Below are positions 33,967-44,214 of a DNA stretch of 64,000 nucleotides, piece after piece (position 1 is the stretch's first letter; each line of letters opens with the position of its first letter). The notes beneath the pieces are model-generated. The model was not told where the DNA came from and did not search any database. It was given only the letters and a program-made list of their open reading frames with translations. The DNA is from Alphaproteobacteria bacterium. Lineage in GTDB: Bacteria > Pseudomonadota > Alphaproteobacteria > GCA-2731375. Both the position numbers and the translations under genes were made by a program. The stretch lies in the NCBI GenBank assembly GCA_965232515.1, contig CBDDPY010000002.1, positions 3,904,001 through 3,968,000 on the forward strand, written 5' to 3'.

Positions 33967-35628
33967 GTGAGCGAGACTAAATTCACGGCCGACACCATCG
34001 CCGCGGCGGAACAGCTACTCGGCATCGCCTATACGCCTGCCGAGCGCGAACTCATGCTGAACAATCTGGACGGCCAAATCGAAGCCGCGCAGGCGCGCCG
34101 CAAGCTTGTCTTCCCGAACGACCTGCCGCCGGCGAGCCGGTTCGACCCGCGCCTGCCGGGGGCCCGGCCGTCGGCGCCGCAGCGGCCGCTGGTGCGCTCG
34201 GACCGCGATGCCGGGCCGCTGCCGGACTCGGACGAGGACATCGCCTTCGCGCCGGTCAGCGACCTGTCACGCTGGATCGAGTCCGGCGCGCTGACCAGCC
34301 GCCGCCTGACCGACATCTATCTCGATCGGATCGAGACCTATGCCGAAAGGCTCGAATGCATCGTCACGGTGACATCAGATCTGGCCCGCGCCCAGGCCGA
34401 CGCCGCCGACGCGCTACTGCGCGCCGGCACCTATCTCGGCCCGCTGCACGGCATTCCCTACGGCCTGAAGGATCTGTTCGACACCAAGGGCATCCTCAGC
34501 ACCTGGGGCGCCGAGCCGTTCAACACCCGCGTGCCCGAGAGCGACGCCCATATCGTCGACCTTCTGCGCGCCGCCGGCGCCGTGCTCGTCGCCAAGACCA
34601 CGCTCGGCGCGCTGGCCTACGGCGACATCTGGTTCGGCGGCAAGACACGCAACCCGTGGAACCTGAACGAAGGCTCGAGCGGTTCCAGCGCCGGTTCGGC
34701 GTCCGCTACCGCCGCCGGCCTGGTCGGTTTCAGCATTGGCACCGAGACGCTGGGCTCGATCACCTCGCCCAGCCAGCGCTGCGGCACCACCGGCCTGCGC
34801 CCCACCTTCGGCCGCGTCTCGCGGGCCGGCGGCATGGCGCTCTGCTGGTCGCTCGACAAGGTCGGGCCGATCTGCCGCTCGGTCGAGGACACCGCCCTCG
34901 TGCTCGCCGCCATCAACGGCCATGACTCGCGCGACCTTGGCTCGCTCGACGCGCCGTTCAACTTCGACGCCGGCCGGTCGCTCGCGGGCGTTCGCCTCGG
35001 CTATGACCCGGCCTGGTTCGAGGACGACGGCGCCACCGATGTCGACCGCGCCGCGCTCCAGGCGGCGCGGCGGATCGGCGTCGAGCTGGTCGAGATATCG
35101 CTCCCGAACCTGCCCTACGGTTCATTGATCGCCATCCTGTTCGCCGAGGCGGCGGCCAGCTTCGAGGAGCTGACGCTCAGCGACCGCGACGACGAGCTGG
35201 GCTGGCAGGACCCGGGCGCCTGGCCCAACGCCTTCCGCAAGGCGCGCCTGCTCTCGGCGGTCGATCACGTCCAACTCGATCGCCTGCGCTATCGCACGAT
35301 GCAGGAGATGGATCGGCTGTTCGGCCAGGTCGATGCACTGATCGGCCCGTTCATGGTCGGCCCGATGCTGGTGGTCAGCAACTTCACCGGCCATCCCTGC
35401 CTGCACCTGCGCGCCGGCTTCGAGCGGCACAAGACCCGGTCCGACCCGTCGCTCGCCGGCGGCAAACTCGACATCGGCGACGAGGAGACCGATGCGCCCG
35501 CGTTCGAGGTGCCCCAGGGCATCTCGCTCTGGGCCGGTCTGTTCGACGAAGGCCTGCTGTGCAACCTCGGCCTGGCGCTCGAAGCCGAGCTCGGCGCCGC
35601 CGCGCGCCGCCCGACCTTCGCCGAATAG
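33967..35628 (+). CDS. Amidase signature family enzyme
   Basis: PLHGIPYGLKD, GSSGSSAGS, IGTETLGSI (Lys-cisSer-Ser triad). Confidence 0.9.
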   Translation: MSETKFTADTIAAAEQLLGIAYTPAERELMLNNLDGQIEAAQARRKLVFPNDLPPASRFDPRLPGARPSAPQRPLVRSDRDAGPLPDSDEDIAFAPVSDLSRWIESGALTSRRLTDIYLDRIETYAERLECIVTVTSDLARAQADAADALLRAGTYLGPLHGIPYGLKDLFDTKGILSTWGAEPFNTRVPESDAHIVDLLRAAGAVLVAKTTLGALAYGDIWFGGKTRNPWNLNEGSSGSSAGSASATAAGLVGFSIGTETLGSITSPSQRCGTTGLRPTFGRVSRAGGMALCWSLDKVGPICRSVEDTALVLAAINGHDSRDLGSLDAPFNFDAGRSLAGVRLGYDPAWFEDDGATDVDRAALQAARRIGVELVEISLPNLPYGSLIAILFAEAAASFEELTLSDRDDELGWQDPGAWPNAFRKARLLSAVDHVQLDRLRYRTMQEMDRLFGQVDALIGPFMVGPMLVVSNFTGHPCLHLRAGFERHKTRSDPSLAGGKLDIGDEETDAPAFEVPQGISLWAGLFDEGLLCNLGLALEAELGAAARRPTFAE

Positions 35629-35638
35629 GCCGACGGGT

Positions 35639-35851
35639 CTATTCCGGCTTCTTCTCCGTCTCGCTCTCCGGTGCCGCCTTGCGTTCACCGAAGAGCACGA
35701 AATTGCCGTCCTTGCCGCTGAACAGCCCGGGCCCGGGCTGGATGTCGTGCGGCTCGGTGTAGTCGATCGGCTTGACGTTGCCGCAGGCCGAGAGCGCGAC
35801 CAACAGTACGGCGGCCAGCAATATCGGGGATGAATAAAGCCACCGCGTCAT
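35639..35851 (-). CDS. Small lipoprotein
   Basis: Hydrophobic stretch with lipobox LSAC; PGPGLFSG motif. Confidence 0.65.
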   Translation of the reverse strand: MTRWLYSSPILLAAVLLVALSACGNVKPIDYTEPHDIQPGPGLFSGKDGNFVLFGERKAAPESETEKKPE

Positions 35852-35931
35852 CCGCCCATCCGTACGGAAATCGACCCCATCGTCGGGTCGTCTGATCAAT
35901 CTAGTTCGCATCCGGCAAGTCCCCCATCCGC

Positions 35932-37746
35932 TCAGACGAGCGCGTTGAAGTCGTCGAGCATGGCGGCGATGCGGCCGGGATCGGCCTGTTCCATGACGCT
36001 CGCCGACCGGCGCACCGCTTCCGCCACCCGGAGCTTGCGGATGCGGCGCTTGACGCGCGGCAGGTTCAGCGCCGACATCGACAGGTCGCGCAGGCCCAGG
36101 CCCAGCAGCAGCGCCGTATAGCGGGGATCGCCCGCCATCTCGCCGCAGAGATTGACCGGGATGCGGGCCCGGAGCGCCGCCTCGGTGGCGAACTGCAGCA
36201 GCCGCAGCACGGCCGGGTGCAGCGGATCGTAGAGATGCGCCACCTGCTCGTTGCCGCGGTCGATGGCGAGCGTGTACATGGTCAGGTCGTTGGTGCCGAT
36301 CGAGAAGAAATCCGACGCGAAGGCCAGGCTGTCGGCGGCCAGCGCCGCCGCCGGCGTCTCGATCATCACACCGAGCGGCGGCAGCGGATCGGCGATCGCC
36401 ACGCGCCGGCGGCGCAGCCGGCGCGCCACCTTGTCCATGGCCTCGCGCACCTGCCGCACCTCGGCGGCGCCGGTGACCATGGGCAGCAGGATGCGCAGAG
36501 GACCGTGCGCGCCGGCGCGCAGGATGGCGGCAAGCTGCGTCTCCAGCAACGGCCGGACCTTCAGCGACAGGCGGATAGCGCGCAGGCCCAATGCCGGGTT
36601 CGCCGCGTCGCCCAGATGCTCGCCCAGCGAATAGGCCAGCTTGTCGCCGCCGACGTCCAGCGTGCGCACGGTCACCGGCCGGCCGCCCAGGCCCTCGACG
36701 ATCAGCCGCAGCGCACGATACTGCTCGTCTTCGTCCGGCAGGTCCTCGCGGTTCATGTACAGGAATTCGCTGCGCAGCAGGCCGACGCCCTCGGCCCCGA
36801 CCCGCATAGCCGATTCCAGCTCCGACGGCAGCTCCATGTTGACCTGCAGCGAGACCGTGACCCCGTCCTGGCTCTCGGCCTTCAGGTTCTTCAGCCGCGC
36901 CAGCACGCGCTCTTCCTTGCGCAGCTCCTCGGCGCGGGCGCGATAGCGCCGCTCGGTCTCGGGCGTCGGATTGACCACCAGCCGGCCGTTGACCCCGTCG
37001 ACGATCACGGTGTCGCCCGCCCGCACGCTGGCCAGAATCTCCGGCACGCCGAGCACGGCCGGCAGGCCGAGCGAGCGCGCCATGATCGCGGTATGGCCCT
37101 CGGCACCGCCCAGCGCCGTCGCGAAACCGCCTACCCGCCGCGGGTCCATGGCCGCGGTGTCGGCCGGCGTCAATTCCTCGGCGATGACGATGGCGCCGGC
37201 CGGCAGATTGCCGAAGCCCTGATAGGGCGCCTGCGACAGGTTGCGGATCAGCCGCGCGCCGACGTCGCGAATGTCCTGCATGCGCGAGGCGATGTAGGGA
37301 TCCTCGATGCGCGCGAACTCGGCCGCCACCTTGCGGATCGCGGCCTGCACCGCGGCCTCGGCGTTGATCCTGCGCTCGGCGATGTGCTGTTCGATGCCGC
37401 GGATCAGGCGCGAGCCCGAGAGGATCTGCAGATTGGCCTCCAGCAGATAGCCCAGGTCCTCGCCCGCGGCGCCTTCCAACATACCGGCCTTCGCCTGCAG
37501 CTTGCGGATCTGCCGGCGCGAGGTCTCGACGGCGGCCTCGACCCGCGCGGTCTCTGCCGCGACGGCGTCGGCCGCAATGCCGTATTCCGGCACCTGCAGC
37601 ATGCCCGGCTCGACCAGATGCGCCGGCCCGATGGCGATGCCGGGCGACACGCCCAGTCCGTCGAGACGCCGTTCCCCGCCCGTCTCTGCCGGGCGTCCCG
37701 GCGAATCGTCAGAAGGCGCCCTCGGAATGTTGTCGTCAGTCTTCAT
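35932..37746 (-). CDS. ptsI: PEP-protein phosphotransferase (PTS enzyme I), no GAF domain
   Basis: GHTAIMARS, GLLRSEFL, RTLDVGGDK, SIGTNDL, CGEMAG. Confidence 0.92.
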   Translation of the reverse strand: MKTDDNIPRAPSDDSPGRPAETGGERRLDGLGVSPGIAIGPAHLVEPGMLQVPEYGIAADAVAAETARVEAAVETSRRQIRKLQAKAGMLEGAAGEDLGYLLEANLQILSGSRLIRGIEQHIAERRINAEAAVQAAIRKVAAEFARIEDPYIASRMQDIRDVGARLIRNLSQAPYQGFGNLPAGAIVIAEELTPADTAAMDPRRVGGFATALGGAEGHTAIMARSLGLPAVLGVPEILASVRAGDTVIVDGVNGRLVVNPTPETERRYRARAEELRKEERVLARLKNLKAESQDGVTVSLQVNMELPSELESAMRVGAEGVGLLRSEFLYMNREDLPDEDEQYRALRLIVEGLGGRPVTVRTLDVGGDKLAYSLGEHLGDAANPALGLRAIRLSLKVRPLLETQLAAILRAGAHGPLRILLPMVTGAAEVRQVREAMDKVARRLRRRRVAIADPLPPLGVMIETPAAALAADSLAFASDFFSIGTNDLTMYTLAIDRGNEQVAHLYDPLHPAVLRLLQFATEAALRARIPVNLCGEMAGDPRYTALLLGLGLRDLSMSALNLPRVKRRIRKLRVAEAVRRSASVMEQADPGRIAAMLDDFNALV

Positions 37747-38041
37747 CGAACTTGTTGGCGATCAATGTGCAGATCGCGGTCACGGCGGCCGCCGCCTCCG
37801 GCCCGGTCGCCGCGAGAGCGATATCGGATCCGGGCGACGCCGCCAGCATCATCAGTCCCATGATCGACCGTCCCGATACCGACATGTCGGCCTTGGTGAC
37901 GATGATCTCGGCGTCGAACCGTTCGGCGCATTTGACGAACTTCGCCGCCGCCCGCGCATGCAGGCCACGCTGATTAACGATCGTGGCCGTGCGGCGGACC
38001 GGAACCGCCGCACCGTCCACCTCTCCGTCATCCGCCGTCAC
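37736..38041 (-). CDS. ptsH: HPr/NPr phosphocarrier
   Basis: NQRGLHARAAA, regulatory Ser in SGRSIMG. Confidence 0.9.
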   Translation of the reverse strand: MTADDGEVDGAAVPVRRTATIVNQRGLHARAAAKFVKCAERFDAEIIVTKADMSVSGRSIMGLMMLAASPGSDIALAATGPEAAAAVTAICTLIANKFDED

Positions 38042-38445
38042 TTGCTGTCGCCGGCCAACAGGCGTGAAGCGACGTTGATGTATTTACGGCCCGATTCCTG
38101 CGCCTGCGCGATGGCGTCGCTCAGGCTCTCGGTCTGCCGCACCGTCGCCAGCTTGATCAGCATCGGCAGGTTCATGCCGGCGATCACCTCGACATTGCCC
38201 TTGTCCAGGATCGAGATCGCCAGATTCGACGGCGTGCCGCCGAACATGTCGGTCAACAGGATCACGCCGTCGCCGTTGTCGACCTCGTCGCAGGCCGCCA
38301 GGATCTCGTTCCGGCGCTGCTCCATGTCGTCATCGGGGCCGATGCAGACCGCCTTGATCGCCTCTTGCGGGCCGACGACATGCTCGGTCGCGGCGATGAA
38401 CTCCTCGGCCAGCCGGCCATGCGTCACCAGCACCATGCCAATCAT
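38038..38445 (-). CDS. PTS EIIA, mannose type
   Basis: VLVTHG, TDMFGGTPSN, GMNLPML. Confidence 0.92.
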   Translation of the reverse strand: MIGMVLVTHGRLAEEFIAATEHVVGPQEAIKAVCIGPDDDMEQRRNEILAACDEVDNGDGVILLTDMFGGTPSNLAISILDKGNVEVIAGMNLPMLIKLATVRQTESLSDAIAQAQESGRKYINVASRLLAGDSK

Positions 38446-38458
38446 GTCGAAGCCTCGT

Positions 38459-39385
38459 TCATGTCGTTTTTTCGTTCTCGCCGGGCGGCAGATCGCGGTG
38501 CCGGAGCACGATCTCGCGGCCGGCGGCGCGCAGGCGCTCGGCCAGCTGCTCGGCGACGAACACCGAACGGTGCCGCCCGCCCGTACAGCCGATGGCCAAG
38601 GTCAGATAGCTCTTCCCCTCGCGCTGGTAATGCGGCAGCAGCGACGTCAGCATGTCGACCAGTGTTTGCAGGAACGGCGCAAAGGCAACGTCTTTCGCGA
38701 TGTAGTCGCCGACGCCGGCGTCGCGGCCGGTCAGCGGCCTTAGATCGTAGACATAATGCGGATTGCTGAGAAAGCGGACATCGAATACCAGGTCGGCCTC
38801 GCGCGGCAGTCCCCGGCGGAACGAGAACGACTGTACCGAGATCGTCATGGCGCCGGCCTGCTCGAGGCGGAAATGGCCGGTCAGCAGGTTGCGCAGCTCG
38901 ACCGGGCTCAGCGTCGAGGTATCGATCACCAGATCGGCCCGGTCGGCGACCGGCGCCATCAACGCGCGTTCGCGGCGGATGCCGTCCAGCACCGGCCGGT
39001 CGTCGGCCAGCGGATGCCGGCGCCGCGTTTCCGTGAAACGCCGGCTCAAGACGTCCTGCTCGCAATCGAGAAAGAGCACGCGCAGCTCGATATCCTCACG
39101 GGCCGTCAGCGCGTCCACCTGCGAGAAGAAGCTGTCGGCGCCGAAGTCGCGGGTCCGGAAGTCGACGCTGATGGCGATGGCCTCGCCCTGGCCGTTGCTG
39201 TCGTCGGCGTCGAGCAACGGTCCGATCAGCGACAGCGGCAGGTTGTCGACCGCCTCGTAGCCCAGGTCCTCGAACATCTTCAGCGCCAAAGACTTGCCGG
39301 CCCCCGACAGGCCGGTCACCAGCAGCACGCGCAGGCGCGCGGGCTGGCCGTCGGCGAGGTCGGGCGGTGCGGAACCTGTTGCCAT
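38459..39385 (-). CDS. rapZ: RNase adapter RapZ (YvcJ family)
   Basis: TGLSGAGKS, VDNLP, FDVRFL.NP, GCTGGRHRS. Confidence 0.93.
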   Translation of the reverse strand: MATGSAPPDLADGQPARLRVLLVTGLSGAGKSLALKMFEDLGYEAVDNLPLSLIGPLLDADDSNGQGEAIAISVDFRTRDFGADSFFSQVDALTAREDIELRVLFLDCEQDVLSRRFTETRRRHPLADDRPVLDGIRRERALMAPVADRADLVIDTSTLSPVELRNLLTGHFRLEQAGAMTISVQSFSFRRGLPREADLVFDVRFLSNPHYVYDLRPLTGRDAGVGDYIAKDVAFAPFLQTLVDMLTSLLPHYQREGKSYLTLAIGCTGGRHRSVFVAEQLAERLRAAGREIVLRHRDLPPGENEKTT

Positions 39386-39831
39386 CAGACGCGGATTATA
39401 TCGCCCTCGGCGGCCCGTACTACCAGGCGAAGCTTTGCCGCGGCGGAAATCTCGAATGCGCTCAGCCGCATCAACGGCAGCGAGATGCCCTCGTAGCTGC
39501 AGGTCTCAAGCGTCGGCATGCGCTCGACCTCGCGCGGCGGCACCAGATCGACGACAAGTCCCAGCCGCGCCGTTTCGACGCATGGGACGCGCACGACCCC
39601 GACGCCGCGCACCTCCATCAGACCGGCGATGGCCTCGGGCGCCGAAGCCCAGACCGCGCCGTCCCGCGCCGCCAGCTCCACCTGATCGTCCGAAACCAGC
39701 CTAGCGCCGCCGTTGCCGGTCTCGTCGTCAATCAGCCGCAGCGCCAGGTCGGACTTGCCGCTGCCGGACGGGCCGCGCAGCAGCACCGCGGCCGCGCCAA
39801 GATCGATACAGGTACCGTGAACTCGAACCAT
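39385..39831 (-). CDS. hprK: HPr kinase/phosphorylase, short alphaproteobacterial form
   Basis: VHGTC, GPSGSGKS, LVSDD, EVRGVG. Confidence 0.88.
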   Translation of the reverse strand: MVRVHGTCIDLGAAAVLLRGPSGSGKSDLALRLIDDETGNGGARLVSDDQVELAARDGAVWASAPEAIAGLMEVRGVGVVRVPCVETARLGLVVDLVPPREVERMPTLETCSYEGISLPLMRLSAFEISAAAKLRLVVRAAEGDIIRV

Positions 39832-39897
39832 CGCCAGAAATTGCGTTGCCAAAGCGCCGCGGTCAACGCCCGCATGAACAATCTTGCCCCGGCGGCA

Positions 39898-41553
39898 TTA
39901 CAGCGGCAGCCGGACGATGAAGCGGGCGCCTTTGACCTGGCCATCGGCGTCCCGCCGGTTTTCCGCGTGGATCCGGCCACCATGCGCCTCGACGATCTGC
40001 CGGGCGATCGACAGGCCCAGGCCGGAATGCTGGCCGAACGCCTCGCCGGCCGGCCGGTGGCTGTAGAACCGCTCGAAGATCCGCTCCGCCATATCGTCCG
40101 GCAGACCGGGGCCGTCGTCCTCGACGGTCAGAACGGCCTCGCTCCCGCCGCGCGACAGGCCGAGGCGGATCACGCCGTCGTCGGGACTGAAAGAAACCGC
40201 GTTGCTGACCAGATTATCGACCACCTGGCCAAGCCGGCCGGGCACGCCCTCCACCACCAACGGATCTGCCGGGGTCTGCAACTCGAACCGCGGCTTGCCG
40301 CCGCCGCGGTCCTGATGCACGTGGATGACGGTCTCCAAGAGCCGGGTCAGATCGACCGGTTCCGCCGTCGCGCGCGCCAGCTCGGCATCGACCCGCGAGG
40401 CGTTGGAGATGTCGCTGATCAGGCGGTCGAGCCGACCGACGTCCTCCTCGATTACCGTCAGCAGCCGGCCACGCTGGCTCTCGTCCTTGGCCAGCGCCAG
40501 CGATTCCACGGCGCTGCGCAGCGACGTCAGCGGGTTCTTGATCTCATGCGCGACGTCGGCGGCGAAGGCGCCAATGGCGTCGAGCCGCAGGTAGAAGGCG
40601 TTGGTCATGTCGCCGAGCGCGCCCGACAGGTCGCCGATCTCGTCGCCGCGGTCGCGGAAATCCGGGATCTGCACCCGCTGACCGCGCCAGCGGCGCACCT
40701 GATCGGCCGCCTGCGCCAGCCGGCGCACCGGACGCGCGATGGTGCCGGCGAGAAAGATCGACAGCAGCACGGTCACCGCCAGCGCCAGGACGAAGACCTG
40801 GATGATCGCCACCCGCACGCTGCGCACGCTCTCCTCGATGTCGGCGCTGTCGGTGGACAGCACCAGCGCCCCCAGCACCTGCCGCAACTGCTGCACCGGC
40901 ACGGCGACGGTGATGATCAGCGAGCCGTCATGATCGGACCGGACGGCCCCGCCGAATTCCCCGCCGAGGGCGCCGAGCGCTTCCGGCAGGTCGCCGGCGC
41001 TCTGGATCGGCCGCGGATCCCGACGCGGAAACCGGTCGCCGCTCGGCAGGCGCGGCAGGATCCAGTCGTAGACGCCCGACAGCACGTCGATCACGGCGTC
41101 GCCCTGACCCGGCGGCGGCAGATACTTCAGCTGCACATGCCGGCCGGCCGCGACCAGCTCGCGACTGTCGGCGACGAGATCGCCGCCGACGTCGAACAGC
41201 CGCGCCCGCGTGCGCGTCGGAACCGTCAGCCGGCGGATCAGCCGCTGGGCCACCTCGACGTCGAGCCGGACCGCTTCCGGCGGACCGGCCAGCGCGGACT
41301 CGCCGAGCGCGCCGGCAATGATCTCGCCCTGGGTCTGCAAGGCCGCGATCTTGGCGTCGATCAGGCCGTCGCGGTACTGGTCGAGATAGAGCACGCCACC
41401 AACCAGAATACCCAGCGCCAGCACGTTGGGCGCCAGGATGCGCAGGCTGAGGGTCGAGAACCGCCGGCGCGACGGCGCGCCGCCCTCGGCCGCCGCCGCG
41501 GGGTCCGGTGCTTCCACCGAGGGTCGGGGACCGGGATAGCCGAGAACCGCCAT
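39898..41553 (-). CDS. chvG: Sensor histidine kinase ChvG/ExoS
   Basis: Two TM helices, HAMP, DVAHEIKNPLTS, FGQHSGLGLSI; follows chvI. Confidence 0.9.
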   Translation of the reverse strand: MAVLGYPGPRPSVEAPDPAAAAEGGAPSRRRFSTLSLRILAPNVLALGILVGGVLYLDQYRDGLIDAKIAALQTQGEIIAGALGESALAGPPEAVRLDVEVAQRLIRRLTVPTRTRARLFDVGGDLVADSRELVAAGRHVQLKYLPPPGQGDAVIDVLSGVYDWILPRLPSGDRFPRRDPRPIQSAGDLPEALGALGGEFGGAVRSDHDGSLIITVAVPVQQLRQVLGALVLSTDSADIEESVRSVRVAIIQVFVLALAVTVLLSIFLAGTIARPVRRLAQAADQVRRWRGQRVQIPDFRDRGDEIGDLSGALGDMTNAFYLRLDAIGAFAADVAHEIKNPLTSLRSAVESLALAKDESQRGRLLTVIEEDVGRLDRLISDISNASRVDAELARATAEPVDLTRLLETVIHVHQDRGGGKPRFELQTPADPLVVEGVPGRLGQVVDNLVSNAVSFSPDDGVIRLGLSRGGSEAVLTVEDDGPGLPDDMAERIFERFYSHRPAGEAFGQHSGLGLSIARQIVEAHGGRIHAENRRDADGQVKGARFIVRLPL

Positions 41554-41573
41554 GTCGCGAGCCGCCCGGCCCG

Positions 41574-42281
41574 TCAGGCCTCCTGGTAGCGGTAGCCGAG
41601 GCCGTAGAGCGTCTCGATGGCCGAGAACTGCTCGTCGACGGCCTTGAACTTCCGGCGCAGGCGCTTGATGTGGCTGTCGATGGTGCGGTCGTCGACATAG
41701 ACGTTGTCGTCATAGGCCGCGTCCATCAGCTGGTCGCGCGTCTTGACGTGGCCCGGCCGCATAGCCAGCGACTGCAGGATCAGGAACTCGGTGACCGTCA
41801 GCTGCACCGGCTCGCCATGCCAGGTGCATTCGTGCCGGGCTGGATCGAGGCTGAGCCCGCCCCGCACCAGCACTTTGCCGCCGTTCGCTTCGGCCTCTTC
41901 CGTCGGCGCTCCCGCCAGCTCCGCCCGCCGCAGCACGGCCCGGATGCGCTCGATCAGCAGCCGCTGCGAGAAGGGTTTACGGATGTAGTCGTCGGCGCCC
42001 ATTTTCAGGCCCAGGACCTCGTCGATCTCGTCGTCCTTCGAGGTCAGGAAGATGACCGGCAACTGGCTGGTCCGGCGCAGCCGGCCGAGCAGCTCCATGC
42101 CGTCCATGCCTGGCATCTTGATGTCGAGCACCGCGAGATCGGGCGGCCGCTGCTCGAAGCCCTGCAGAGCGGCGGCGCCGTCGGTGAACGTCGCGACATT
42201 GAAGCCCTCGGCCTCCAATGCGATCTGCACGGATGTCAGGATATTGCGATCGTCATCGACGAGAGCGATTGTTGGCGCCAC
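41574..42281 (-). CDS. chvI: Response regulator ChvI
   Basis: [29 protein letters not shown]; GTG 42281 with GAGGAG RBS. Confidence 0.93.
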   Translation of the reverse strand: MAPTIALVDDDRNILTSVQIALEAEGFNVATFTDGAAALQGFEQRPPDLAVLDIKMPGMDGMELLGRLRRTSQLPVIFLTSKDDEIDEVLGLKMGADDYIRKPFSQRLLIERIRAVLRRAELAGAPTEEAEANGGKVLVRGGLSLDPARHECTWHGEPVQLTVTEFLILQSLAMRPGHVKTRDQLMDAAYDDNVYVDDRTIDSHIKRLRRKFKAVDEQFSAIETLYGLGYRYQEA

Positions 42282-42400
42282 AGCCGTCCACTCCTCTGCC
42301 CCCCTTACGGGCATGGGACCAATTGATCGCATATTTTTGCACCAATGTGGCGGTTTCGAGGCGGCATGTGTCGTTATGTTGTCAGGACAGAAGGCATATC

Positions 42401-42433
42401 GGGACATTGAATAGGAATAATATTCTATGTCCC
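42401..42433. terminator. AT-rich inverted repeat just downstream of the cyclase stop (terminator or operator)
   Basis: gggacattgaata / tattctatgtccc, 12 of 13 paired. Confidence 0.45.
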
Positions 42434-42435
42434 AG

Positions 42436-44151
42436 CTATTTGTTGGCCGCCTGCCAGACACCATCCCAATCTTCCGCCGGCGGCGCGGCTGCCAGCAGAT
42501 CGAGACGCTCCAGAAATACGGACGCGGCCGGATCGTCCTCGCAGGCCGTGAAACCCTCGCGCGCCGCCATCCAGTCCCGCCCTCGATAGGCCGCCAGCGC
42601 CGCTTCGAAGCGGTCGCGGCGGATGGCCTCCTGGGGCGACAGGCCGCCGCGCGGCGCCAGCAGCTCGAAGATGCGGATCGGCTCCGTCTTGCCGACGACG
42701 GCGACCAGGTCGATCTCGCGCGCCTCGATGGCGTCGCGCGCCAGCGCCTCGGTCTCGCCCGAGATCAGGATCCGCGTGCCGTATTGCTTGTTCAGCCCCT
42801 CCAGCCGGGCGGCCAGGTTCACGGTGTCGCCCATCACCGTGTAGTTCTTGGAGACATCGGAACCGACGCTGCCGATGATGACGTCGCCGGTCGCGATGCC
42901 GACGCGCACATCGAGGGTCGGCACGCCCTGGCGCAGTCCGGTCAGGTCCGGCAGCCGCGTCTGGAACGCGGCCAGCAGATCCCGCTGCGCCAGGGCCGAG
43001 AGGCAGGCGAGCCGCGCATGCTCGCTGCGGCCGGTGAAGGGCGGGCTCCAGAACGCCATGATGGCGTCGCCGATATATTTGTCGATGATGCCCTTGTTCT
43101 CGCGGATCGGTGCCGACATCTCGGTGAAGTAACCGTTCATCAGGCGCACCACCGCCGACGGCGTCAGCATCTCGGCGAGCGGCGTGAAGCCGGCGATATC
43201 GGAAAAGAACACGGTGCAGATCTCGCGCTCGCCGGCGCCCTCGACGCCGTCGGGATCGTCCAGCAGGCCCTCGACGATGCGCGGATCGACATAACGGCCG
43301 AAGGTGTCCTTGATCTGCTCCTTAACCCTCAGCTCGCCGGCCATGTGGTTGAACGATTGCGCCAGCTGGCCGATCTCGTCGCGCGAACGCACCTCGACCC
43401 GGATCTCCAGGTTGCCGCGCTCGATCTGCTGCGTCGCGTCGACCAGGGCGTGCACCGGCCGGACCATGCCGCGCACCACGCCCGCCGTCAGCAGCAGCCC
43501 CGCCAGCGCGGCCAGCGCGGTCAGCACCAGGTTCGCCTGATAGACCCGCCGCTCGGCCTCCAGCGCCTCGGCGCTGGCCCGCTCGGTGAACCGCGAGACC
43601 ACGACGACGGCCTTGTCGATCTGGTCGTTGAACTCGCGCTCCTCGCTGCGCAGGAACGCCAGCAGCGTCGCGTTGACCTCTTGGTTGCCCTGCCGCAGAA
43701 CCTCGACCAGCCGCAAGCTCTCGTCCTGGAAATCCTGGTGCTCGCGCTCGATCGCCAGGATCATGGCGTCGAGCTCGACCAGTTCGACCAGATGTTCGTC
43801 ATAGCGCCCGTCGGCCCGGGCGGCGGCGATCAGACCGTGCGCTTCACCGATCGCCAGGTCCACCCTCTGGCCGCGATCGTTGACGCTCTGCAGCCCGCGC
43901 TCGACGGCGGCCTCGTCGATCGTCGGATCGCGCAGCTCTGCGATCAGGCTCCGGGTGACCAGCTCCTGCTCGAGCTGATAGGCCTCGACCTCGGCCACCG
44001 CGCGCGACAGGGGAATGTAGGTCTCCTTGACCCGGACCAGGCCGAAATTCACGTCGCGGACCAGATAGGACGACAGCAGCGCCGCCATCGACATAAGCAG
44101 CACCAGCAGCAGCGATACGCCGAAGACCTTGCTTCCGATGGTTATCCGCAC
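42436..44151 (-). CDS. Membrane class III adenylate cyclase (helical sensor domain, HAMP)
   Basis: [33 protein letters not shown]; two TM helices; probable GTG 44151. Confidence 0.88.
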   Translation of the reverse strand: MRITIGSKVFGVSLLLVLLMSMAALLSSYLVRDVNFGLVRVKETYIPLSRAVAEVEAYQLEQELVTRSLIAELRDPTIDEAAVERGLQSVNDRGQRVDLAIGEAHGLIAAARADGRYDEHLVELVELDAMILAIEREHQDFQDESLRLVEVLRQGNQEVNATLLAFLRSEEREFNDQIDKAVVVVSRFTERASAEALEAERRVYQANLVLTALAALAGLLLTAGVVRGMVRPVHALVDATQQIERGNLEIRVEVRSRDEIGQLAQSFNHMAGELRVKEQIKDTFGRYVDPRIVEGLLDDPDGVEGAGEREICTVFFSDIAGFTPLAEMLTPSAVVRLMNGYFTEMSAPIRENKGIIDKYIGDAIMAFWSPPFTGRSEHARLACLSALAQRDLLAAFQTRLPDLTGLRQGVPTLDVRVGIATGDVIIGSVGSDVSKNYTVMGDTVNLAARLEGLNKQYGTRILISGETEALARDAIEAREIDLVAVVGKTEPIRIFELLAPRGGLSPQEAIRRDRFEAALAAYRGRDWMAAREGFTACEDDPAASVFLERLDLLAAAPPAEDWDGVWQAANK

Positions 44152-44214
44152 GTCTCGCCCTCGAATCGCGGCAATTGTGGAGTCAGGGCGGCGCGGGCGC
44201 AACGACGCCGTGCA

